From an uncultured Syntrophobacteraceae bacterium (GTDB lineage: Bacteria; Desulfobacterota; Syntrophobacteria; Syntrophobacterales; Syntrophobacteraceae), in NCBI GenBank assembly GCA_964505935.1, contig CAZDKX010000002.1:2617-66616 (forward strand): a stretch of DNA of 64,000 nucleotides, given 5' to 3'. Numbering within the stretch: the stretch's first letter is position 1; each line of letters begins with the position of its first letter. Shown here in pieces: positions 50,895-59,002 of this stretch. The notes under the pieces were generated by a model. The model saw only the letters and a program-made list of their open reading frames with translations, did no database searches and was not told the origin of the DNA. The translations under genes and the position numbers were made by a program.

Positions 50895-53120
50895 ATGACC
50901 ACAGTTCGTCCGCGCTTCCGTATCGGCGTCCTGACCAGCGGTGGTGATTCACAGGGCATGAATGCCGCAGTGCGCTCCGTGGTGCGCACCGCGCTCAATC
51001 TCGGTGCGGAAGTCTTCGCCATATTCGAGGGCTATCGCGGCATGCTCGAAGGCGGCCCCTATATCAAGCAGATGGGCTGGAGCGACGTGGGAGGGATCCT
51101 CCAGGAAGGCGGCACGATCATTGGTTCGGCACGTTCGACGGCCTTCCGGCAGCGTGAAGGACAGCGCAAGGCCGCCCTCAATCTGATCACGAACGGTATC
51201 CAGGGTCTCGTCGTCATTGGCGGCGACGGCAGCCTCACCGGCGCCAATCACTTTCGCCGGGAATGGTCCGAGCTGCTCAAAGAGCTCGTTGCCGAGGGGG
51301 CCGTTGATCAGGCCACCGCCGAGGCCCATCCGTTCCTTTCCCTGGTCGGACTGGTCGGGTCCATCGACAATGATATGTTCGGCACCGACATGACCATCGG
51401 CGCAGACACCGCCCTCCATCGCATCGTGGAAGCGGTGGACGCCATTGCCGCCACCGCTGCCAGCCACCAGCGATCCTTTGTCGTGGAGGTCATGGGGAGA
51501 CATTGCGGCTACCTGGCGCTCATGGCCGGTCTGGCGACCGGCGCCAACTGGATTCTGATCCCCGAGGACCCGCCCCAGGAGGGGTGGGAAACGGAGATGT
51601 GCGAGGCGGTGTTGAGCGGGCGCCGGAGTGGGCGGCGTCACAACGTGGTCCTGGTGGCCGAGGGCGCCATTGACCGCGCCGGGAATCCCATCACGGCCGA
51701 TTATGTGAGACAAGTGCTCACCGACCGGCTCAAAGAAGACACCCGGGTGACGATCCTGGGCCATGTTCAGCGCGGCGGCGCGCCCAGCGCCTTCGATCGC
51801 AACATGAGTACCATCGTCGGCCACGCCGCTGTCCTTGAATTGCTGGCTGCCACGCCCGAGAGCGAGCCGCAGCTGATCGGCATCCGTGACAATGAGGTGG
51901 CGCGTTCGCCGCTCATGAAAAATGTGCATCAGAAGGATCGGGTCGCGGAGGCTATCGAAGCCGGCAAGTATGCCGAGGCTATGGAGCTGCGCGGCCGCAG
52001 CTTTGTCGAAGCCAACGCCATTCTGCACACGATCCTCCAGGCCCAGCCCCGCCCGCCGGAAGCCGGCCAGCGCCAATTCCGACTGGGCATCCTGCACGCC
52101 GGCGCCCCTGCACCGGGGATGAACACGGCGGTGCGCGCCGCCGTGCGTCTGGCCATCGATCAAGGGCACGTGATCCTGGGCATTCGCAACGGCGTAGCCG
52201 GGCTGCTCAGCGGCGACATCTGTGAGATGGGCTGGATGAGTGTCCATGGCTGGGTTGCCAGGGGCGGGGCGGAACTGGGCACCAGCCGCAGGCTGCCCAG
52301 AGGCGACGAATATGCGATGCTCGCCCAACGGCTGGGCGAATTCGGGATCGACGGCCTGCTGGTCATCAGCGGCTGGTCCGGCTATCAATTTGCCCACGAC
52401 CTCTTTGCCCGCCGGGCAGAAGATCGCGCCCTGCGCATTCCCATCATTTGCGTCCCGGCCTCCATCAATAACGACCTGCCCGGCGCCGGGTTGAGCATCG
52501 GCGCCGATACGGCGCTCAATACCATCGTGCAAAACGTGGACAAACTCAAGGAATCGGCCGTCGCCTCACAACGCTGCTACGTGGTGGAAGTGATGGGCTA
52601 CGACTGCGGCTACCTTGCCCTCATGGGCGGGCTGGCAACAGGCGCGGAACGTATCTATCTGCCCGAACAGGGCATCGCCCTGAACGCCCTGCGCGATGAC
52701 GTGGCGCGTTTGAAAGAAGGTTTCAGCCACGGGAAACGGTTGGGTCTGATCATTCGCAGCGAGCATGCGGACCCGCTGTACACGACGGAGTTCCTGACCA
52801 CGCTTTTCGAGAAGGAAGGCGCCGGCGTCTTCGACGTGCGGCGCTCGATCCTGGGCCATATCCAGCAGGGCGGCCGCCCCACGCCCTTCGATCGCATCCA
52901 GGCCACCCGACTTACGGCGCGCGCCCTGGGTCGCCTCATCGAGCTGGCAACCAACGGCGCGGCGGCCGCCGAAGCGGTCGGCCGCCAGGCAGGCAAGATC
53001 GGGTTCACCAACCTGGCCAACCTCGGCGACCTGATGGAGCCCGCCGCCCGTCGCCCGCAGCTGCAGCCCTGGGAAAAAATCATCGCCGTGGCTGAGATGA
53101 TGGCCGAACTGTCGCATTAG
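50895..53120 (+). CDS. pfk: 6-phosphofructokinase, long tandem-duplicated form (two PFK-A domains), 741 aa
   Basis: N-terminal half: GVLTSGGDSQGMNAA, VIGGDGSLTGA, MGRHCGYLAL. C-terminal half: GILHAGAPAPGMNTA, VISGWSGYQFA (degenerate GGDGS), MGYDCGYLAL. Confidence 0.88.
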   Translation: MTTVRPRFRIGVLTSGGDSQGMNAAVRSVVRTALNLGAEVFAIFEGYRGMLEGGPYIKQMGWSDVGGILQEGGTIIGSARSTAFRQREGQRKAALNLITNGIQGLVVIGGDGSLTGANHFRREWSELLKELVAEGAVDQATAEAHPFLSLVGLVGSIDNDMFGTDMTIGADTALHRIVEAVDAIAATAASHQRSFVVEVMGRHCGYLALMAGLATGANWILIPEDPPQEGWETEMCEAVLSGRRSGRRHNVVLVAEGAIDRAGNPITADYVRQVLTDRLKEDTRVTILGHVQRGGAPSAFDRNMSTIVGHAAVLELLAATPESEPQLIGIRDNEVARSPLMKNVHQKDRVAEAIEAGKYAEAMELRGRSFVEANAILHTILQAQPRPPEAGQRQFRLGILHAGAPAPGMNTAVRAAVRLAIDQGHVILGIRNGVAGLLSGDICEMGWMSVHGWVARGGAELGTSRRLPRGDEYAMLAQRLGEFGIDGLLVISGWSGYQFAHDLFARRAEDRALRIPIICVPASINNDLPGAGLSIGADTALNTIVQNVDKLKESAVASQRCYVVEVMGYDCGYLALMGGLATGAERIYLPEQGIALNALRDDVARLKEGFSHGKRLGLIIRSEHADPLYTTEFLTTLFEKEGAGVFDVRRSILGHIQQGGRPTPFDRIQATRLTARALGRLIELATNGAAAAEAVGRQAGKIGFTNLANLGDLMEPAARRPQLQPWEKIIAVAEMMAELSH

Positions 53121-53163
53121 AGGCTGTCCAAGATCAAGTGGCAGTTATTGCAGTCTTTTTCAA

Positions 53164-53503
53164 ACCACGAAGCACCCGAAGGACACGAAGAAATCACTTC
53201 GTGTGCTTCGTGCTCTTCGTGGTAAAGAGATCATTTGTTTTTGGACAACTCCTTAGTACCGCGCCACAGTTCAAAGTGACTTTTTGTCACGAAACGTCAT
53301 TCCCGCATGTTTCTGGCGGGAATCCGGCTTCTGGAAGTCCCATGGACCCCCGCCTGCAGCAAGGACTCTCTTACGAGAAGTTACGAGTTAGTTCTCATCC
53401 GGAAACCCCTCCCTTGGTGGGAGGGGCAGGGGGAGGGGGTGATCAAGTGCTTGGAATCGAATCATTTTTCACCCCCACCTAGCCTCCCCCATCAAGGGGG
53501 AGG
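53164..53503. repeat. mosaic of three REP-like element types downstream of pfk
   Basis: ACCACGAAG..CGAAGGACACGAAG-loop-CTTCGTGTGCTTCGTGCTCTTCGTGGT (53164-53223). ATTCCCGCatgtttctgGCGGGAAT (53299-53323). CCCCTCCC-ttggt-GGGAGGGG (53406-53426). CCTCCCCC-atcaa-GGGGGAGG (53483-53503). Confidence 0.8.
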
Positions 53504-53851
53504 AGAAATCAAGGTACTTTCCGGATGGACACGAGTTATGATTTGCGAGTGCCGGGTGGGAATCGAGCCTTTTCATGTGTCTTCGGGTGCCCCCACATGA
53601 GCAACTCCCCTTTGTTGATTGCCCCCGTGACTGCGTCGCACCATGGTGATGTTTGTCAACACCCGCCAGGAGCTCGATACAGCAATATCGCAGGATTGTC
53701 CTTGACACAATCCCTGACCGGTGCTACCCGAAAAGCCTCAAGAGGCGACTGACTATGATGCTGCTGAAGCTGGTGACGCTATCCGCGGCAGAACAGGCAG
53801 GAGGGCTGCAACGCCCGATGTCAGCGGGCCGGATAAAAGGAGGACGAAGAA

Positions 53852-53959
53852 ATGATCATGTTTGTATTGGGATTCGTAGTAGGATTGGTGGTGGCCTGGA
53901 ATTTCCTGCCTCAGCCGGCCTGGCTCAAGGACATGCTCGCCGGTTTGCGCAAGAAGTAA
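53852..53959 (+). CDS. candidate small membrane protein, 35 aa (below the ORF-track length cutoff)
   Basis: AAAGGAGG (53836-53843) lies 8 nt before the ATG. The product MIMFVLGFVVGLVVAWNFLPQPAWLKDMLAGLRKK has one TM helix and a basic tail. TAA stop at 53957-53959. Confidence 0.45.
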   Translation: MIMFVLGFVVGLVVAWNFLPQPAWLKDMLAGLRKK

Positions 53960-54121
53960 GCAGCTCCACCTGGTGCGCGATCATTCTACTCGACCGTCGA
54001 GTGAAACAAGATTTTGCACCAGCTGGAGACAACTCTCTCTCATGCTTAGAAAGTCTGTCGTGCCGCTGCTTCTGGCTGCTGCGGTTGCGACTGAGCCGGC
54101 CACTGCTGCCGCTGACCTGTC

Positions 54122-54787
54122 CTATCGCCCATCCTGCACGATGCGATGCCATTCCTGAATCACCGGCGTATCAGCCGGAAGCCTGCCAAGGGCCGCCTCA
54201 AATTGCTCCCGTGGTGCTGATGGTCCAACCCCGAAGCCAAAATCAAGCAGCGCCAGGACCGCCTTCAAGACCGAAGGCGGTTGTTTATCCAGGACCGAAA
54301 GCAGAGACGATGGATCATGACCGGCCCACAACGTTATGGCCTCTGCGTACCCTTCCGCGAAAGAGCCATCGACCCCTCTCGCCATCTTGATAAAGATCTC
54401 CGCCGCCCGGCGGTCTCCTGACGCCGCCTGCTTGCCCAGGCGTGCAACCGCAGCCTCTCCCAAAGTGGTGGATACACCGGACCCTGAGCGGCAGGAAAAC
54501 CTGGATATCTGCGTGCCGGCAATCCAACCTTCAACCGGAGCATTGATCCGGTACCAGTGTTTGCCCTTTTTGATGATTTCAATACCCGTACCACTGGGCA
54601 GGGCCGCCACGACGTTATTGCTCTTGACTTGAGGGTGAGAGCGAACATTGGCATACCCATCCGCAGCGGTCACCATGAATTTCCGGCACTCGCCCGCGTG
54701 CACCGGTTCTCCAGGGAGGACCAAGGCAAGGAACAGCGTGATGGCAGCTGCCAGTCGAGGCATGATTTGGTCTACCATCTTGACCAT
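54122..54787 (-). CDS. exported SH3b-domain protein, 221 aa; its start overlaps the upstream stop (TGATG)
   Basis: Signal peptide ..MPRLAAAITLFLALVLPGEPVHA. SH3b-like YANVRSHPQVKSNNVVAALPSGTGIEIIKKGKHWYRINAPVEGWI. Helical C-terminal half. Confidence 0.7.
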   Translation of the reverse strand: MVKMVDQIMPRLAAAITLFLALVLPGEPVHAGECRKFMVTAADGYANVRSHPQVKSNNVVAALPSGTGIEIIKKGKHWYRINAPVEGWIAGTQISRFSCRSGSGVSTTLGEAAVARLGKQAASGDRRAAEIFIKMARGVDGSFAEGYAEAITLWAGHDPSSLLSVLDKQPPSVLKAVLALLDFGFGVGPSAPREQFEAALGRLPADTPVIQEWHRIVQDGR

Positions 54788-56283
54788 CAGGGTTGTGGAC
54801 AAGTCCCCAAGCCCCAATCTACGAACAAGTCACGAGGGTCTGATTCCCGCAACCAAACGACCAATTTCTTGAAATCAGCCGCATTATAAATGCCGACGCA
54901 GCCTGCTGTGCCTGCTCCTCGCTCATAACGCCGGTTCCAATCAATGTGAATCAGGATCGCGCTGCGGCGGGTGGTACCCGGTCCCTGGTAATCGAGGAGA
55001 ATCTTTGCCGGACCGAGGCCCCGGTTCCAGATCTTGCCGCTGTAGTTGTCCTTACCGTCGGCCCATTCGATGTCATGGACATACCATTTGCCCTCCGGCA
55101 GCGGTTCGAATGACCCTGAAACACTGTCGCTTCCTGTATGGAAAAATTGCCTGTAGGGCGAGCCGGAGCAGACTTCCAAGCTGTCCTTGCGTTGCCCGTC
55201 CTTGAAATAATCCAGCTCGAGCACCGTACATCCAACTTCATCCCTACGATTGGTCCTGGTCAATGTCAGATAATGTCTCCCGGGAATAGATGGACCCTCA
55301 GCTACCGGCGGCAGCGGGGTAACCTCTCCCCACAACTTCGCCCAAGTCTTCGGACCCACCTTTCCATCCGCCTCGGCCGTGGCAAAAAACCTGGTCTGAA
55401 AGTCCCTGACACCCTCATCGGTACGGCGCCCGAAATCTCCGTCGATGGGGCCATCGTAATACCCAAGGTCTTTCAGCCGCTCCTGTAACCGCTTGACATC
55501 AGGGCCACTGCATCCTCGAGCCAGGGTGCGCTTAAGAGCTCTGGGAGGTTCCACCTTCGCCATGGCGCTTCCCCTGACGCTGAACACGATGCGCTCGCCC
55601 TCTGGAATAGCTTTTTCCGCCGGAGCAACGTGAAACTTCTCAGCATGAGGGTACTGGCGCACCGCTGCAACCCAGCTGTCTTTGGAGGAATTTTCCAGCG
55701 TAAGAATCTCGACGACCTGGTCATCTTGCCACGCAACAATGACGTCTTTTTCGCCCTGCCGATAGCCTTCGAGCAACGTGACCTTGTCCCGTGGTGACTC
55801 CTCGACCGTAATCGGCGTTCCTTCCCCGCCGACCTTTGAGAACAGCTCCCGCTCTTCTGACCTGCGCCTTGTCAGACCTTTGAGTTCCTGCTTAACACCG
55901 TTGACAATCCCCTTGTTCCACCTTGGGAACTCATCAGCCGCTCCCTGATAGTCTCCCCGATTGAGCTTCCTGAGCAGGGTACTTTCTTCCAGACTTCCCA
56001 GGCCCAGATTGTAGGAAAAGGATACCAGCGCATCGAACTGGTTTTGGTTGAGCGGCACTTTGACCAGATGCGTAACGCCTTTTGCCACCGCATCGCACTC
56101 AAACTTGAGAAAAGCCTCCGCCTCCTGTTCGGTAATGCGGTCGCCAAGGCGAACTTTATGCCCGTCGGGATAACGGATTGTCCCATAGCCGATGGTTGGT
56201 ATCCCTACCGGGTCAAGATAAGCATCGAGACGTAACCCTTCGAACTTCTCAATCAATGCGGTGCCGTTTTGGGAAACATGCAT
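54787..56283 (-). CDS. three-domain cell-wall enzyme: GH24 lysozyme, PG_binding_1 domain and an L,D-transpeptidase-fold (YkuD/Tlde1-like) domain; 498 aa, no signal peptide
   Basis: FEGLRLDAYLDPVGIPTIGYG aligns with T4 lysozyme [21 protein letters not shown], with the Glu-9-Asp-6-Thr spacing preserved (E15, D24, T30). GPDVKRLQERLKDLGYYDGPIDGDFGRRTDEGVRDFQ. C-terminal EPLPEGKWYV...ILIHID-x9-GTAGCVGI (His...Thr-x-Gly-Cys). AGGAGG Shine-Dalgarno. Confidence 0.8.
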   Translation of the reverse strand: MHVSQNGTALIEKFEGLRLDAYLDPVGIPTIGYGTIRYPDGHKVRLGDRITEQEAEAFLKFECDAVAKGVTHLVKVPLNQNQFDALVSFSYNLGLGSLEESTLLRKLNRGDYQGAADEFPRWNKGIVNGVKQELKGLTRRRSEERELFSKVGGEGTPITVEESPRDKVTLLEGYRQGEKDVIVAWQDDQVVEILTLENSSKDSWVAAVRQYPHAEKFHVAPAEKAIPEGERIVFSVRGSAMAKVEPPRALKRTLARGCSGPDVKRLQERLKDLGYYDGPIDGDFGRRTDEGVRDFQTRFFATAEADGKVGPKTWAKLWGEVTPLPPVAEGPSIPGRHYLTLTRTNRRDEVGCTVLELDYFKDGQRKDSLEVCSGSPYRQFFHTGSDSVSGSFEPLPEGKWYVHDIEWADGKDNYSGKIWNRGLGPAKILLDYQGPGTTRRSAILIHIDWNRRYERGAGTAGCVGIYNAADFKKLVVWLRESDPRDLFVDWGLGTCPQP

Positions 56284-56415
56284 ATCGATCTCCTCCTGAA
56301 ATCACGTCAAGGTACCATTAATGGGATTTTACCGCCCCTTTGGCCGCTGCCTTGGTCTCTCCCGATCGATAGGATGGTTGGTCAGTAAGCGTAATGGATG
56401 AATCAAACTGACGGA

Positions 56416-57204
56416 TTATGGCAATACGTTATTCAGTTGTTTGACCTTGCCCTGCTCATCGAACCAGACGGCGCCGTCGGCCATCATGATGCCCTCGGCG
56501 TTGGCGAACATATGGTGGGGAATGCCTTTCGCAATGCGATTGATGAAGTTCCTGGTAAAGATTGCATCATAGTATCTCAAGAATTCCGCCTGATTGGCCG
56601 CCGTCTTGCGCTGACCATTCTGGAAGAAAGCGACCGGATAGGCCACGTAGCGCCCCGCTGTCGCCCGTTTCCCAGCCAGCACGGCTTCCAGGAATGCCCG
56701 GGCGTTGCGCTCCACCAGCGCATCGTCCTCGGCCCCGGCTACCGCATAGCGACCTTGCCCGGGAATCAGTCGCGTGGTACCGGTCTGCCGAAGGTACACC
56801 GGGTAGCGCCGCTTGCCGTCGGCACCTGTCCACTCACCGACGAGCACTTCCTTATCCAGCCGAGCAGAGCCGAAGTTGCCCCGGGGGTCCCGGTCGAGGA
56901 ATCTCAAGGTGAAAACGCCGCCGCTGGTGCCGTCAGCGGCACGTTCACGCAATACGAGGTCCCGCTCACCCACAAACTCGCCCTCCAGGTGCAGGTCTTG
57001 CAGGTATTTCCGGTAGAAATAAACACCCTGTATCTTCTTCCGGTCATGAGGGTCCTCAAGGCTCATGCCGATCAGAATGTTCTTGTTAAGGTCTCCCCTG
57101 TAGTCAATATACCTTACTTCCGTCGGTCCCTTCTCCTGGGCTCCGGAAAGTACCGGTGAGCAGAGCAGACAGGCAATCATCACGATGAAGAAGCCGTTCT
57201 TCAT
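56416..57204 (-). CDS. exported hypothetical protein, 262 aa
   Basis: Signal peptide MKNGFFIVMIACLLCSPVLSGAQE and a GGAGA Shine-Dalgarno. I do not recognise a family. Confidence 0.6.
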   Translation of the reverse strand: MKNGFFIVMIACLLCSPVLSGAQEKGPTEVRYIDYRGDLNKNILIGMSLEDPHDRKKIQGVYFYRKYLQDLHLEGEFVGERDLVLRERAADGTSGGVFTLRFLDRDPRGNFGSARLDKEVLVGEWTGADGKRRYPVYLRQTGTTRLIPGQGRYAVAGAEDDALVERNARAFLEAVLAGKRATAGRYVAYPVAFFQNGQRKTAANQAEFLRYYDAIFTRNFINRIAKGIPHHMFANAEGIMMADGAVWFDEQGKVKQLNNVLP

Positions 57205-57385
57205 TAAGGGTCTCCGGCAGGGTCAGTTACCTGGGAAAACGCTATTTCAGCTGATAGGAAAGCTCATAGGACCTGATGGGAAATCGCTTTTTCAGGGTTT
57301 CCTGGTAGCAGGTGTCATCGATTCTGTCAAGGAAAACTACTTCACCGTTACCCTCGGACAACGGCCTCCCAGGCTGTCCGAAACC

Positions 57386-58828
57386 CTACCGGCCGGCTGC
57401 CGGCTGGGCGTGGGTGAGGGCCTCGGCCCTGGTCACCCAGCCCCCTCCCATGGCTTTGTAGAGGTTGACATAGGCCGCCAGCAAGGCGGTCCTCACCTGA
57501 GACACGGTGAGCTCGGCGGGGAAAAGCTGGGTCTCGGCGGTGAGGACGGTGAGATAGGGGGTGTAGCCCCCGTTGTACTGCAGCCAGGCCAGGCGGTCGT
57601 AGTCCTTGAGCGCGGTGACCAGGGCTTCCTGGGCCTTCAGCTGCTCCGCAAGCTTCCGGCGGGAGACCAGGGCATTTTCCGCGTCACTGAAGGCGCTCAG
57701 GATGGCATTCTTGTAGCTTTCCAACGCCGCCTCCCGCAGCGCTTCGGCCTGTTTCACCTGGCCGGTGATGGCTCCGGCCGTAAAGATCGGGCCCGTAAAG
57801 GACCCCGAATACTGCCAGACCCTCGCCGGCCCCGTGAAAAGGTCGGAGAACTCGGAGCTCTGGGTGCCCAGGGCGGCCGTGAGCGAGATGGTCGGAAAGT
57901 AGAGTGCCCTGGCCGCCCCGATTTGGGCATTCGCTGCAATCAGGTCCTGTTCGGCCTGGGCCAGGTCCGGGCGGCGCTCCAGCAGCTGCGACGGGAGTCC
58001 CGAAGGGATCGCCGGCGGCACCAGCTCGGCGAGGGTTTTTCCCCGGACGATCGGACCCGGGTTGCGGCCCAGCAGGGTGCAGAGGGCATTTTCGGTCTGG
58101 GCGATCTGCGACTCGAGCGGCGGCACGGCCGCCGCCGCGGTCTCATACTGCGAGCGGGCCTGCGCCACGGTCATCTGCGAAACCTGGCCGTAGGCAAACT
58201 GTAGTTCGAACAGCCTGACGGACTCGCCATATGCGGCGAGCGTGCGCTGGGCAATTTCGAGCTGCTCGTCGAGCCCCCGGAGCTGGAGGTAGGTGCTCGC
58301 CACGGATGCCACCAGGGACAGGACCACTCCGCGCCGCGCCTCCCGACTGGCCAGCAGATCCGCCCGCGCGGCCTCGGACAGCCGGCGAAGGCGTCCCCAC
58401 AGGTCGATCTCCCAGTTGGCGCCGGCCAGCAGTTCGAAGGAGCTCCAGGGATTGGGAACGCTGGAGACCGCGCGAGGCAGGGAAACCGCAGTGTGCTCGC
58501 TCACCCGCTGCCGCGCTGCGTCCCCGCTGTAGCTCAGCTGGGGAAAGAGCGGGGCGCGGGTTTGCATGAGCACTCCGGCCGCCTGATCGATGTTGGCGGC
58601 GGCCATCTTGATGTTCTTATTGTTCGCCAGCGCCTCGGCAATCAGCGCATCCAGCACCGGGTCCTGAAACTCCTTCCACCAGTCGGTGTTGGCGGTGTCG
58701 CGCGTCTCATTGTCCGCAAAGCGGTAGGACGGCATGACCTCCACGCGCGGGCGCCGGTAGTCGGGGCCGAACATGCAGCCGCTAAGCAGGACAGCGAGAG
58801 CAATGACGATGACAGTGAAGCGACGCAT
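57386..58828 (-). CDS. RND efflux outer-membrane factor lipoprotein (NodT/OprM family), 480 aa; start at the internal ATG
   Basis: Lipobox LLSGCMFGPDYRRP, which is typical of NodT. Two OEP repeats. Confidence 0.9.
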   Translation of the reverse strand: MRRFTVIVIALAVLLSGCMFGPDYRRPRVEVMPSYRFADNETRDTANTDWWKEFQDPVLDALIAEALANNKNIKMAAANIDQAAGVLMQTRAPLFPQLSYSGDAARQRVSEHTAVSLPRAVSSVPNPWSSFELLAGANWEIDLWGRLRRLSEAARADLLASREARRGVVLSLVASVASTYLQLRGLDEQLEIAQRTLAAYGESVRLFELQFAYGQVSQMTVAQARSQYETAAAAVPPLESQIAQTENALCTLLGRNPGPIVRGKTLAELVPPAIPSGLPSQLLERRPDLAQAEQDLIAANAQIGAARALYFPTISLTAALGTQSSEFSDLFTGPARVWQYSGSFTGPIFTAGAITGQVKQAEALREAALESYKNAILSAFSDAENALVSRRKLAEQLKAQEALVTALKDYDRLAWLQYNGGYTPYLTVLTAETQLFPAELTVSQVRTALLAAYVNLYKAMGGGWVTRAEALTHAQPAAGR

Positions 58829-58885
58829 ATCAGTTTGCCTTCTGACTCTCATGGGGCATGGCACTGGCAATCCCTTTCTTTGCTC

Positions 58886-58960
58886 ACCACGAAGGACCCG
58901 AAGATCACGAAGTAAAGCCACTTTGTATGATCTCTTCGTGTCCTTCGTGCTCTTCGTGGT
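58886..58960. repeat. CACGAAG/CTTCGTG REP-like hairpin between the RND permease and OMF genes
   Basis: ACCACGAAGGACCCGAAGATCACGAAG - loop - CTCTTCGTGTCCTTCGTGCTCTTCGTGGT. Confidence 0.8.
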
Positions 58961-59002
58961 TAAGGAGAAACATCTTTCTTGCGATGCTGTGCATGTTCGT
59001 CG

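Noticed and set aside
53164-53223. The CACGAAG/CTTCGTG and other short repeats considered as a possible CRISPR array.
   Set aside because: The copies are inverted (hairpins), not direct repeats with unique spacers of regular length. They are dispersed across spacers, and no cas genes are present.
53653-54390. 245-aa plus-strand ORF spanning the spacer and the 3' half of the SH3 gene.
   Set aside because: It has no Shine-Dalgarno and a Pro/Arg/Ser-rich product, and it overlaps the SH3b gene in antisense. The 35-codon ORF with a consensus SD in another frame is the better reading of 53852-53959.
54787-56283. Prophage endolysin interpretation of the GH24 gene.
   Set aside because: No holin, spanin, terminase, capsid, tail or integrase genes and no att-like repeats occur within at least 8 kb on either side. 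The extra LD-transpeptidase-fold domain and the coupled exported neighbours fit a chromosomal cell-wall or effector module better. It cannot be fully excluded without wider context.
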